DNA of 64,000 nucleotides from Escherichia coli (lineage in GTDB: Bacteria > Pseudomonadota > Gammaproteobacteria > Enterobacterales > Enterobacteriaceae). The position numbers and the translations under genes are program-made. Location of the stretch: assembly GCF_024223415.1 (NCBI RefSeq), contig NZ_CP100500.1. One strand, written 5' to 3'. This document shows, one piece after another, positions 10,159-19,778 of the stretch. Each line of letters starts with the position of its first letter. Position 1 is the first letter of the stretch. The notes below the pieces were generated by a model, which worked only from the letters and a program-made list of their open reading frames with translations, made no database searches and was not told the origin of the DNA.

Positions 10159-10186
10159 CAGGGCAGGGAAACCTGCCCTTGTTTCA
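10159..10186 (+). terminator. hairpin after pgk (agggcagg gaaa cctgccct) with short T tract
   Basis: Inverted repeat read directly from sequence. Confidence 0.5.
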
Positions 10187-10227
10187 GCGCGCTTTTAGAG
10201 CACGCATTTTTTCATACTCTAAATAAT

Positions 10228-10340
10228 TCGAGTTGCAGGAAGGCGACAAGAGAGTGAATCCCCAGGAGCTTACATAAGTAAGTGACTGGGGTGAGCGAAC
10301 GCAGACGCAGCACATGCAACTTGAAGTATGACGAGTATAA
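10228..10340. repeat. ERIC/IRU intergenic repeat
   Basis: Contains GTGAATCCCCAGGAGCTTACATAAGTAAGTGACTGGGGTGAGCG, matching the ERIC core (ERIC1R/ERIC2 primer sites) as I remember it. Confidence 0.8.
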
Positions 10341-10365
10341 GGCCCGACGATACAGGACAAGAGAC

Positions 10366-11445
10366 ATGTCTAAGATTTTTGATTTCGTAAAACCTGGCGT
10401 AATCACTGGTGATGACGTACAGAAAGTTTTCCAGGTAGCAAAAGAAAACAACTTCGCACTGCCAGCAGTAAACTGCGTCGGTACTGACTCCATCAACGCC
10501 GTACTGGAAACCGCTGCTAAAGTTAAAGCGCCGGTTATCGTTCAGTTCTCCAACGGTGGTGCTTCCTTTATCGCTGGTAAAGGCGTGAAATCTGACGTTC
10601 CGCAGGGTGCTGCTATCCTGGGCGCGATCTCTGGTGCGCATCACGTTCACCAGATGGCTGAACATTATGGTGTTCCGGTTATCCTGCACACTGACCACTG
10701 CGCGAAGAAACTGCTGCCGTGGATCGACGGTCTGCTGGACGCGGGTGAAAAACACTTCGCTGCTACCGGCAAGCCGCTGTTCTCTTCTCACATGATCGAC
10801 CTGTCTGAAGAATCTCTGCAAGAGAACATCGAAATCTGCTCTAAATACCTGGAGCGCATGTCCAAAATCGGCATGACTCTGGAAATCGAACTGGGTTGCA
10901 CCGGTGGTGAAGAAGACGGCGTGGACAACAGCCACATGGACGCTTCTGCACTGTACACCCAGCCGGAAGACGTTGATTACGCATACACCGAGCTGAGCAA
11001 AATCAGCCCGCGTTTCACCATCGCAGCGTCCTTCGGTAACGTACACGGTGTTTACAAGCCGGGTAACGTGGTTCTGACTCCGACCATCCTGCGTGATTCT
11101 CAGGAATATGTTTCTAAGAAACACAACCTGCCGCACAACAGCCTGAACTTCGTATTCCACGGTGGTTCCGGTTCTACTGCTCAGGAAATCAAAGACTCCG
11201 TAAGCTACGGCGTAGTGAAAATGAACATCGATACCGATACCCAATGGGCAACCTGGGAAGGCGTTCTGAACTACTACAAAGCGAACGAAGCTTATCTGCA
11301 GGGTCAGCTGGGTAACCCGAAAGGCGAAGATCAGCCGAACAAGAAATACTACGATCCGCGCGTATGGCTGCGTGCCGGTCAGACTTCGATGATCGCTCGT
11401 CTGGAAAAAGCATTCCAGGAACTGAACGCGATCGACGTTCTGTAA
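10366..11445 (+). CDS. fbaA: fructose-bisphosphate aldolase class II
   Basis: Starts MSKIFDFVKPGVITGDDVQKVF, 359 aa; the track ORF N-terminal extension runs through the ERIC repeat and is rejected. Confidence 0.95.
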   Translation: MSKIFDFVKPGVITGDDVQKVFQVAKENNFALPAVNCVGTDSINAVLETAAKVKAPVIVQFSNGGASFIAGKGVKSDVPQGAAILGAISGAHHVHQMAEHYGVPVILHTDHCAKKLLPWIDGLLDAGEKHFAATGKPLFSSHMIDLSEESLQENIEICSKYLERMSKIGMTLEIELGCTGGEEDGVDNSHMDASALYTQPEDVDYAYTELSKISPRFTIAASFGNVHGVYKPGNVVLTPTILRDSQEYVSKKHNLPHNSLNFVFHGGSGSTAQEIKDSVSYGVVKMNIDTDTQWATWEGVLNYYKANEAYLQGQLGNPKGEDQPNKKYYDPRVWLRAGQTSMIARLEKAFQELNAIDVL

Positions 11446-11470
11446 GATATTCCTTTCTGCTTATCTCAAG

Positions 11471-11494
11471 GCCCGCTCTGCGGGTCTTTTTTTT
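11471..11494 (+). terminator. rho-independent terminator of epd-pgk-fbaA
   Basis: cccgc-tct-gcggg hairpin followed by T8. Confidence 0.8.
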
Positions 11495-11509
11495 GCCAAA
11501 AGAAAAATT

Positions 11510-11610
11510 GCCTGATGCGCTACGCTTATCAGGCCTACACGTATCCTGCAATATATTGAATTCGCAGGTTTTTGTAGGCCGGATAAGGCGTTCACGCCGC
11601 ATCCGGCATG
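11510..11610. repeat. BIME: two REP palindromic units in opposite orientation
   Basis: gcctgatgcgctacgcttatcaggcctac and gtaggccggataaggcgttcacgccgcatccggcatg. Confidence 0.8.
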
Positions 11611-11638
11611 ACAAAGCGCACATTGATATCTGTCTGAG

Positions 11639-11661
11639 CCCCGCTCTGCGGGTCTTTTTTT
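11639..11661 (+). terminator. second copy of the fbaA terminator hairpin plus T7
   Basis: Near-identical cccgctctgcgggtcttttttt repeated about 165 bp downstream of the first copy, on the far side of the BIME. Confidence 0.6.
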
Positions 11662-11803
11662 CGCCAAAAGCAAGGTGATACAGATGAGAAATCTGTGATC
11701 TATTTGGCAAAATTATGCTTTATTGTTTACCCTTGTCAGACTGCCCGTCATAAGGCGGCGGAGTGTATTTCTCCATTTTGAGTCAGTTGAAAAGGAATAT
11801 TGA

Positions 11804-12679
<876 letters not shown>

Positions 12680-12688
12680 TCATGTGAA

Positions 12689-12711
12689 GCGCCCATGAAA
12701 TTCATGGGCGC
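12689..12711. terminator. hairpin gcgcccatg-aaatt-catgggcgc between convergent mscS and downstream gene
   Basis: Perfect 9-bp inverted repeat; no strong T tract on either side. Confidence 0.4.
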
Positions 12712-12720
12712 ACTACCAAT

Positions 12721-13764
12721 TTAACGCATTGTTTCATCAAGTATATTGGCAACTTTTTGCATGACTTCCCCGGCATTATCCACGCCTTCAGTTTTTTGCT
12801 GTTCTACCCACTGCGTTTGCTCTTGCTGATAACCAATCGCTTTCTGCCAGGCGTCCAGCTCTGATTTTTTCAAATAGCGAACCTGTGCACCTTCCTGCTC
12901 AAGCGTTTTTACCATGCTGATCAGGTTGTTATCTAATGCCTTGCCCAGCGCTTTCTCGGTTGTAATGGCCGCTCGTTGAATAGCCTCACGATCTCTGTTA
13001 TCAAGGTTTTCCCACGTTTGTTTATTCATTACCAACAGATAAACATGACCAAGCCAGAGCGAAGGGGAGAGCAACACATTCGGCGCAGCACGTTCAGCAT
13101 GGATGTCATATCCGCTATCAAGATTGACCATTAAGCCATCGAGTTGTCCGTCGCGGAGTGCTGTCGTAATTTGCTCATTCCACGGTAAGGTTACGGTTTT
13201 TGCCCCCGTATGAGTTAAATAAGCCCGGTGCCAGAAACTGGCTGTTCGCCAGGTGGTTCCCTGAAGTGCAGTCAATTTATCAATGGGCCTGGTAGAGAAA
13301 AAGCCTACCGGGTAGCCAAGGAAAAACTGTAAATTCACGATATTGTTACGCTCAAGTTCAGCGTTAAACTCGGGAATTTCCGCATATACGCGACGAAAGA
13401 ATTCTACCTGACTGGCTCCATGATCCGGGCCAATAGCAAAGCTCTTGAAGATTTGATGAAGCGGTAATTGTTTCGCTGTGTATTCCGGTACCACTATACC
13501 CATATCAGCTTTGCTACCATCACTTATTGTCGTCAGAGCGTCATAGCTGATGGCGGTTTCACCGTTCCAGTGTGGTTCGATTTTCAAACGCCCCTGCGAC
13601 TCTTTTTCAATTTCTGCAAAAAATATCTCTTTAATTATTTGTGTACGCATTCCCCCGTAGGGTTCATGGTCTGTATAACGAAGAATTTTTTCAGCGGCAA
13701 CGTTGTGGGAAGATATCAGAAGTAATCCTGATACCAGAGAAAGTAAAAAGTGTTTGAATGTCAT
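12721..13764 (-). CDS. secreted DctP-like (TRAP-type) solute-binding protein, orphan
   Basis: Signal-peptide-like N-terminus MTFKHFLLSLVSGLLLISSHNVAA when started at ATG 13764 (track ORF starts 13806); FFAEIEKESQGRLKIEPHWNG resembles the conserved N-terminal region of DctP-family binding proteins as I recall it; no permease genes adjacent. Confidence 0.55.
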   Translation of the reverse strand: MTFKHFLLSLVSGLLLISSHNVAAEKILRYTDHEPYGGMRTQIIKEIFFAEIEKESQGRLKIEPHWNGETAISYDALTTISDGSKADMGIVVPEYTAKQLPLHQIFKSFAIGPDHGASQVEFFRRVYAEIPEFNAELERNNIVNLQFFLGYPVGFFSTRPIDKLTALQGTTWRTASFWHRAYLTHTGAKTVTLPWNEQITTALRDGQLDGLMVNLDSGYDIHAERAAPNVLLSPSLWLGHVYLLVMNKQTWENLDNRDREAIQRAAITTEKALGKALDNNLISMVKTLEQEGAQVRYLKKSELDAWQKAIGYQQEQTQWVEQQKTEGVDNAGEVMQKVANILDETMR

Positions 13765-13818
13765 CTCAGTTCCATCTGTAATTTTATTGGTCGTCATTAA
13801 TATCAAAAACCGTGAACT

Positions 13819-14748
13819 TTAACAACTAAAATCGAACTTCATATTTTTAAAGTCCAGCCACGCATTGCCAGTACCAAAATTATACCCGCCGAAGTATTCT
13901 TCAAATTCAATATAAAAAGGTGACATTCCATCTGGTATAGATTGAAATGGAACCATTGAACCACCGAGATGATCGGGTTGATGTGCACTATGCCACTGGT
14001 GAGTTTCACATTTACTCTTTCCCTCTGCATCTTTAGAAAAATAACGAATGGACTGATATTCCGTATTATTTCTTTCTGTGGGGCTAATTCCCGCATTAGG
14101 ATCAAAAGCGCGCGGCTTACATGAAATCGCCAGATTGAAAGCCAGCGACTGCTCAGGAATGGTGCCCATTTTACGGTATACAAAATTGCTTTCAGGCGTA
14201 TCTTTTGGTCTGACGCTTGCCTGAAAATAACTAAACGCACTGCCGGTGGTCATCCATTCTGGTGTATCTTGCTGGTTGCGATAGTGATTAGGTATAAGTT
14301 CAGGCGGTTCACAAAATGGGCCGTTGAACTCTTGCTGGGTGAGTAAAATCACCGCATAAGAACAACCTAATATATCTTCCATCCGAAATAGCCGTGGATG
14401 TCGTTGCTTTTCTGCCAGCCAGAAAACATAAAGGTCTGGATCTTCGGGGGGGGTGCAGGACTCGAAACTCTCAAACACATCCAATATTTCTTCTGTACAT
14501 GGTGTTCTGCCATCGTTGTGCTCGGGCGCAACAGCAAAGAAAGATAACGCGACAATCTCTGGCCCATAAATCCGATAATCTTCTGGCAACAACAGGGTAA
14601 ATCCATGATTCAATGGGAAACCATTATTTGGATCCAGCGGCCACTGTTCGGGCGTTATGCCTGGCGGTAGGCCAAAGCACCAACCTTGTTGGCGCGGTAT
14701 ATTTTCGCGAATAGGATGGGGCAAGAGGGTAAGATCATAAGCATGCAT
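13819..14748 (-). CDS. hypothetical cytoplasmic protein, 309 aa, unknown function
   Basis: ATG at 14748 preceded by AAGGA Shine-Dalgarno; no signal peptide or transmembrane segment evident; hand-counted 60-nt stretches give roughly 37-40% GC versus about 50% in neighbouring genes. Confidence 0.6.
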   Translation of the reverse strand: MHAYDLTLLPHPIRENIPRQQGWCFGLPPGITPEQWPLDPNNGFPLNHGFTLLLPEDYRIYGPEIVALSFFAVAPEHNDGRTPCTEEILDVFESFESCTPPEDPDLYVFWLAEKQRHPRLFRMEDILGCSYAVILLTQQEFNGPFCEPPELIPNHYRNQQDTPEWMTTGSAFSYFQASVRPKDTPESNFVYRKMGTIPEQSLAFNLAISCKPRAFDPNAGISPTERNNTEYQSIRYFSKDAEGKSKCETHQWHSAHQPDHLGGSMVPFQSIPDGMSPFYIEFEEYFGGYNFGTGNAWLDFKNMKFDFSC

Positions 14749-14759
14749 TGTGTGAGTCC

Positions 14760-14951
14760 TTTATAAAGCGAGGCCGTAATGGCCGTAGCACGATTCCTGT
14801 GAGCGATATTGTTATCCAAAAAATAGCCACGCATCCTGACTGTTCGTTTTTTTATTAATATTATTAATATGCTATTAAAAATATCCATTTCCGCTAATGA
14901 TGCTCACACGCTATAGTCTGCAAATCAGATAATTAGCTCGGAATAAATTAC
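14760..14951 (+). promoter_or_regulatory. argO upstream control region (expected ArgP/Lrp-regulated promoter)
   Basis: AT-rich intergenic stretch upstream of the argO GTG start; individual sites not resolved. Confidence 0.4.
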
Positions 14952-15587
14952 GTGATTTCTTATTACTTTCAAGGTCTTGCACTTGGTGCTGCTATGATCC
15001 TACCGCTCGGTCCACAAAATGCTTTTGTGATGAATCAGGGCATTCGTCGTCAGTACCACATTATGATTGCCTTACTTTGCGCTATCAGCGATTTGGTCCT
15101 GATTTGCGCCGGGATTTTTGGTGGCAGCGCGTTATTGATGCAGTCGCCGTGGTTGCTGGCGCTGGTCACCTGGGGCGGCGTAGCCTTCTTGCTCTGGTAT
15201 GGTTTTGGCGCTTTTAAAACAGCGATGAGCAGTAATATTGAGTTAGCCAGTGCCGAAGTCCTGAAGCAAGGAAGATGGAAAATTATCGCCACCATGTTGG
15301 CAGTGACCTGGCTGAATCCGCATGTTTACCTGGATACTTTTGTTGTACTGGGCAGCCTTGGTGGGCAGCTTGACGTCGAACCAAAACGTTGGTTTGCGCT
15401 CGGGACAATTAGCGCCTCTTTCCTGTGGTTCTTTGGTCTGGCTATTCTCGCAGCCTGGCTGGCACCGCGCCTGCGCACGGCAAAATCACAGCGCATTATC
15501 AATCTGGTAGTGGGATGTGTCATGTGGTTTATAGCCTTGCAGCTGGCGAGAGACGGTATTGCTCATGCACAAGCCTTGTTCAGTTAG
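14952..15587 (+). CDS. argO: arginine exporter, LysE family
   Basis: GTG start, 211 aa, [26 protein letters not shown]. Confidence 0.9.
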   Translation: MISYYFQGLALGAAMILPLGPQNAFVMNQGIRRQYHIMIALLCAISDLVLICAGIFGGSALLMQSPWLLALVTWGGVAFLLWYGFGAFKTAMSSNIELASAEVLKQGRWKIIATMLAVTWLNPHVYLDTFVVLGSLGGQLDVEPKRWFALGTISASFLWFFGLAILAAWLAPRLRTAKSQRIINLVVGCVMWFIALQLARDGIAHAQALFS

Positions 15588-15679
15588 GCGCTATCTGATG
15601 GAAAAATAAAACAGAGGCGCTAAGCTTGCCTCCAGAGGTCCTGAATTTTGGGCAAGTCAATTAACACGGAGAGACTAAC

Positions 15680-16420
15680 GTGAAGTTCAAAGTTATCGCC
15701 CTGGCGGCATTAATGGGTATTAGCGGGATGGCAGCGCAGGCTAACGAATTGCCGGATGGACCGCATATTGTCACCTCCGGTACGGCAAGCGTGGATGCGG
15801 TGCCAGACATTGCCACTCTTGCGATTGAAGTTAACGTGGCCGCGAAGGATGCCGCTACTGCCAAGAAACAGGCAGATGAGCGCGTCGCACAATACATTTC
15901 CTTCCTTGAACTCAATCAGATCGCGAAAAAAGATATCAGCTCAGCGAACTTACGCACCCAGCCAGATTATGATTATCAGGATGGTAAAAGTATCCTGAAA
16001 GGCTACCGCGCAGTGAGAACGGTGGAAGTCACGCTCCGTCAGTTAGACAAACTGAATTCCTTGCTGGACGGCGCGCTGAAGGCGGGTCTTAACGAAATTC
16101 GTTCTGTGTCGCTGGGCGTGGCGCAGCCGGATGCCTATAAAGACAAAGCGCGTAAGGCAGCGATTGATAACGCGATTCATCAGGCGCAGGAACTGGCGAA
16201 CGGCTTTCATCGTAAACTGGGGCCGGTATATAGCGTGCGCTACCATGTTTCCAACTATCAGCCCAGCCCAATGGTGCGGATGATGAAAGCCGATGCCGCG
16301 CCGGTCTCAGCCCAGGAAACTTACGAGCAGGCCGCTATTCAGTTTGATGATCAGGTCGATGTGGTCTTCCAGTTAGAACCTGTGGATCAACAACCCGCTA
16401 AAACACCTGCAGCACAATAA
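15680..16420 (+). CDS. yggE: periplasmic DUF541/SIMPL-domain protein
   Basis: GTG start, signal peptide MKFKVIALAALMGISGMAAQA, 246 aa; synteny. Confidence 0.85.
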   Translation: MKFKVIALAALMGISGMAAQANELPDGPHIVTSGTASVDAVPDIATLAIEVNVAAKDAATAKKQADERVAQYISFLELNQIAKKDISSANLRTQPDYDYQDGKSILKGYRAVRTVEVTLRQLDKLNSLLDGALKAGLNEIRSVSLGVAQPDAYKDKARKAAIDNAIHQAQELANGFHRKLGPVYSVRYHVSNYQPSPMVRMMKADAAPVSAQETYEQAAIQFDDQVDVVFQLEPVDQQPAKTPAAQ

Positions 16421-16587
16421 TACTTGTAGCCCGACGTATTCGTCGGGCTAATGCCTTTACCCGATATTGCCTCCTTTTTCTGTAATTTTCTGTAAAACCA
16501 TGACGTAATCACCTATCTTTGCTCGCGGTTTCATCAAGGATAGGCTGACTGAAACGGTTAAGCGGACAAGGATGCGGGGGAGGGGGG

Positions 16588-17484
16588 ATGGACATTTTTA
16601 TTTCGAAAAAGATGCGCAATTTCATTTTATTAGCGCAAACCAATAATATTGCCCGGGCGGCAGAAAAAATCCATATGACGGCTTCGCCATTTGGTAAAAG
16701 CATTGCCGCGCTGGAAGAACAAATTGGCTATACGCTATTTACCCGTAAAGATAATAATATCAGTCTCAATAAAGCCGGTCAGGAACTGTATCAAAAGCTG
16801 TTCCCGGTTTATCAACGGCTTTCTGCGATTGATAATGAAATCCATAACTCAGGACGTCGTTCACGAGAAATTGTGATAGGCATAGATAATACTTATCCGA
16901 CAATTATTTTTGATCAGTTGATTAGTCTCGGAGATAAGTATGAAGGCGTGACCGCCCAGCCAGTTGAGTTCAGCGAAAATGGCGTTATCGATAATCTTTT
17001 TGACCGCCAGTTAGATTTTATTATCTCCCCACAGCATGTATCTGCACGAGTTCAGGAACTGGAAAACCTGACTATCAGTGAACTACCACCGCTGCGATTA
17101 GGCTTTCTCGTTTCTCGCCGTTATGAAGAGCGTCAAGAGCAAGAGCTGCTTCAGGAGCTGCCCTGGCTACAAATGCGCTTTCAGAACCGGGCCAACTTCG
17201 AAGCAATGATTGATGCGAATATGCGACCTTGTGGGATCAATCCAACCATTATTTATCGTCCCTACAGTTTTATGGCCAAAATCAGCGCCGTGGAGCGCGG
17301 ACATTTTCTGACGGTGATCCCGCATTTTGCCTGGCGACTGGTGAATCCGGCAACGCTGAAATATTTTGATGCACCGCACAGGCCGATGTATATGCAGGAA
17401 TATCTTTATTCAATCAGAAATCATCGTTATACCGCCACGATGCTTCAGCATATTGCTGAAGATCGTGACGGGACGAGTCATTAA
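16588..17484 (+). CDS. ygfI: LysR-family transcriptional regulator
   Basis: 298 aa with N-terminal helix-turn-helix; synteny next to scpC. Confidence 0.8.
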   Translation: MDIFISKKMRNFILLAQTNNIARAAEKIHMTASPFGKSIAALEEQIGYTLFTRKDNNISLNKAGQELYQKLFPVYQRLSAIDNEIHNSGRRSREIVIGIDNTYPTIIFDQLISLGDKYEGVTAQPVEFSENGVIDNLFDRQLDFIISPQHVSARVQELENLTISELPPLRLGFLVSRRYEERQEQELLQELPWLQMRFQNRANFEAMIDANMRPCGINPTIIYRPYSFMAKISAVERGHFLTVIPHFAWRLVNPATLKYFDAPHRPMYMQEYLYSIRNHRYTATMLQHIAEDRDGTSH

Positions 17485-18959
17485 CCCAGCATCGAGCCGG
17501 TTGCAATTAAATTACGGTGTAAGTCGAAGACGTGGCTAAGATCGTGGTGAATATGTCCGCCAGGCGCATTTTCCAGATAGCGATGCAGATAATCCCGATA
17601 CATAGGATGTGCACAATTATCAATGATCGTGCGGGCGCGTTGAAGCGGGGAAAGACCGCGCAGATCGGCGATCCCTTGTTCGGTGATGATCACTTTGACG
17701 CTGTGTTCGCTGTGATCAACATGGCTGCACATTGGCACGACGGTTGAGATCTTGCCTTCTTTAGCAATCGACGGGGCCATAAAGATCGACAGATACGCGT
17801 TGCGTTCAAAATCACCGCTGCCGCCGATGCCGTTCATCAGATCGACCCCGGCTACGTGCGTTGAGTTGGCATGCCCGTAAATATCAAACTCCAGGCCGAC
17901 GTTCAGAGCGATGACGCCCAGACGACGGATGATTTCCGGGTTATTGGAAATCTCCTGCGGACGCAACACAATGCGGCTGGCAAAGTAATCCATATTGTCG
18001 TAAATCTTGCGCAGGGAATCGGCCGAGATTGTCAGGCTGGAGGCGCTGGCCCCGCTGATTTTGCCGGTTTCCAGTAAATGCACCACCGATTCCTGTAGCA
18101 CTTCCGAATACATCATAAACGGAGGAATTTCCGGGTTTTCCCCCAGACGCGCCATTACCGCATTATTGATATTGCCCACGCCACTTTGCAGCGGCAGAAA
18201 TTCCGGCGGAATACGCCCATGCGCCATTTCCTGCAATAAGAACGTGACCACGTTATCGGCAATCTGCTGGCACATGGGATTTTGCTTATCCAGCATATTA
18301 CCGGCGTCAGGCAAGTTGGTTTCCACGACGGCGACAATCTTTTTCGGATCGATTTGCACATAGCGGGTACCGACGCGATCCATTGCATGGAAGATCGACA
18401 CGCTATTACGCCGCGGTGGCGCGCCAGGAATCACAATATCTGCCAGTTCTGCAACGCGCGGATCGTGATAGTGATTAAGTTCAATGATCACTTTCTTCGC
18501 CCGCAGCAGCCATGTCGGCGCATTACCGATCCCGCTGGTTAACCAGACTCGACCATCCGGTGCCAGTGCCGATGCTTCGATGACGGCAACATCAATGTCG
18601 CCGAAGAAACCGTAATTGACCATTTGCGCCACTTCGCTCAAATGCAGGTCAACGAAACTCACCGCGCCCTGATTGATCTTTTTACGTAAACCGGACGATG
18701 TTTGATATGGCGCACGCCAGGAAACAGCATCGGCGTCAGAAAGTACATCGTCAGCGGCGGCGCTGATTGACGCCCCCGTCAGCAGGCGAATTTGATACGG
18801 CTTTTTGGCCTCATGCTGTTCGTTAGCTCTGCGGGCAATCGCGGTGGGTAGGGCTTTCGGCGAACCCGCTGGGGTAAAGCCGCTAAATGCCACCATGTCG
18901 TTATGCTGGATAATTTCTGCCGCTTCATCGGCGGTCATCCTTGTCCACTGAGTTTCCAT
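17481..18959 (-). CDS. scpC: propionyl-CoA:succinate CoA transferase
   Basis: 492-aa CoA-transferase-family ORF; synteny in sbm operon. Confidence 0.9.
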   Translation of the reverse strand: METQWTRMTADEAAEIIQHNDMVAFSGFTPAGSPKALPTAIARRANEQHEAKKPYQIRLLTGASISAAADDVLSDADAVSWRAPYQTSSGLRKKINQGAVSFVDLHLSEVAQMVNYGFFGDIDVAVIEASALAPDGRVWLTSGIGNAPTWLLRAKKVIIELNHYHDPRVAELADIVIPGAPPRRNSVSIFHAMDRVGTRYVQIDPKKIVAVVETNLPDAGNMLDKQNPMCQQIADNVVTFLLQEMAHGRIPPEFLPLQSGVGNINNAVMARLGENPEIPPFMMYSEVLQESVVHLLETGKISGASASSLTISADSLRKIYDNMDYFASRIVLRPQEISNNPEIIRRLGVIALNVGLEFDIYGHANSTHVAGVDLMNGIGGSGDFERNAYLSIFMAPSIAKEGKISTVVPMCSHVDHSEHSVKVIITEQGIADLRGLSPLQRARTIIDNCAHPMYRDYLHRYLENAPGGHIHHDLSHVFDLHRNLIATGSMLG

Positions 18960-18982
18960 TTTTACTCCTTCGTTCGCAGGGA

Positions 18983-19768
18983 TTAATGACCAACGAAATT
19001 AGGTTTACGTTTTTCGAGGAAAGCGCTCATCCCTTCCTGGTAATCTTCGCTGTCATAAACCGCGCGGCGCATCCCCTGAATACGTTCAAATTCATCGGAG
19101 TTCATGGTGTGCGCTTCGCCCAGTACACGCAGCTCTTCTTTGATAACGGCAATGGCTAACGGCGCTTTCTCAGAGATGTGGTGCGCCATTTGTAAGGTGA
19201 AATCTTCCAGTTCTTCCACTTCCACAACATGGTTGAGGATGCCGACAGCCAGCGCGCGTTGGGCGGTGATTGGCGAAGCGGTAAAAATCAGCTCTTTGAC
19301 AATGTGGAAGCCCGCGTCGCGGGTCAGGTTGTGAATGCCGACCAGGTTATACGGGACGCCGAGGTTTACAGGCGTCATTGAGAAGGTTGAGGTACTGGCG
19401 GCGATGATCAGATCGGAACTCATGATCATTTCAAATGCTCCACCCCAAACACTACCTTCCACCATCGAAATGATCGGTTTCGGGAATTTTTGGATCATGC
19501 GGGTGATTTGACGCAATGGATCATCATAGGAGAGCGGATCGCGACCGCCAGACGGCAGTTCGTGAATATCGTGACCTGCGGAGAAGACTTTGGATCCACT
19601 CGGCGCGCGCAAAATGATACAGCGAATTTCCGGCCGGTTGAGATCGCTTAACGCCTGCATAAGATCATCAATAAAGACTTTACTTAAGGCATTAAGTTTT
19701 CGGCCATAGTTAAACTCAATGACCGCCACTTTGTTGATAGTGGCAACGTTCACATACTGATAAGACAT
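18983..19768 (-). CDS. scpB: methylmalonyl-CoA decarboxylase (crotonase fold)
   Basis: Start chosen at MSYQYVNVATINKVAVIEFNYG, 261 aa; overlaps argK stop. Confidence 0.85.
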   Translation of the reverse strand: MSYQYVNVATINKVAVIEFNYGRKLNALSKVFIDDLMQALSDLNRPEIRCIILRAPSGSKVFSAGHDIHELPSGGRDPLSYDDPLRQITRMIQKFPKPIISMVEGSVWGGAFEMIMSSDLIIAASTSTFSMTPVNLGVPYNLVGIHNLTRDAGFHIVKELIFTASPITAQRALAVGILNHVVEVEELEDFTLQMAHHISEKAPLAIAVIKEELRVLGEAHTMNSDEFERIQGMRRAVYDSEDYQEGMSAFLEKRKPNFVGH

Positions 19769-19778
19769 AAAAATTCCT

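Noticed and set aside
7835-10365. N-terminal extensions of the track ORFs for epd (7835), pgk (8925) and fbaA (10282)
   Set aside because: Internal ATGs with good Shine-Dalgarno sequences give the canonical protein N-termini; the extensions cross terminators, repeats or the upstream gene.
10270-11244. 324-aa minus-strand ORF inside fbaA
   Set aside because: Antisense shadow of fbaA; long stop-free antisense frames are common opposite codon-biased genes.
11471-11670. Repeated 24-nt hairpin units as a possible minimal CRISPR array
   Set aside because: Only two copies, each followed by a T-run (terminator-like), separated by canonical REP units rather than unique spacers; no cas genes in the window.
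11189-11710. ORFs (173 aa minus, 104 aa plus) spanning the fbaA-mscS intergenic region
   Set aside because: They run through REP/BIME palindromes and terminator hairpins; the translations are Arg/Ser-rich and repeat-derived.
12680-14951. The mscS-argO insert as a recognisable phage-defence system
   Set aside because: No nuclease, helicase, ATPase, methyltransferase or TIR/SIR2-like motifs recognised in either protein. Function left open rather than asserted.
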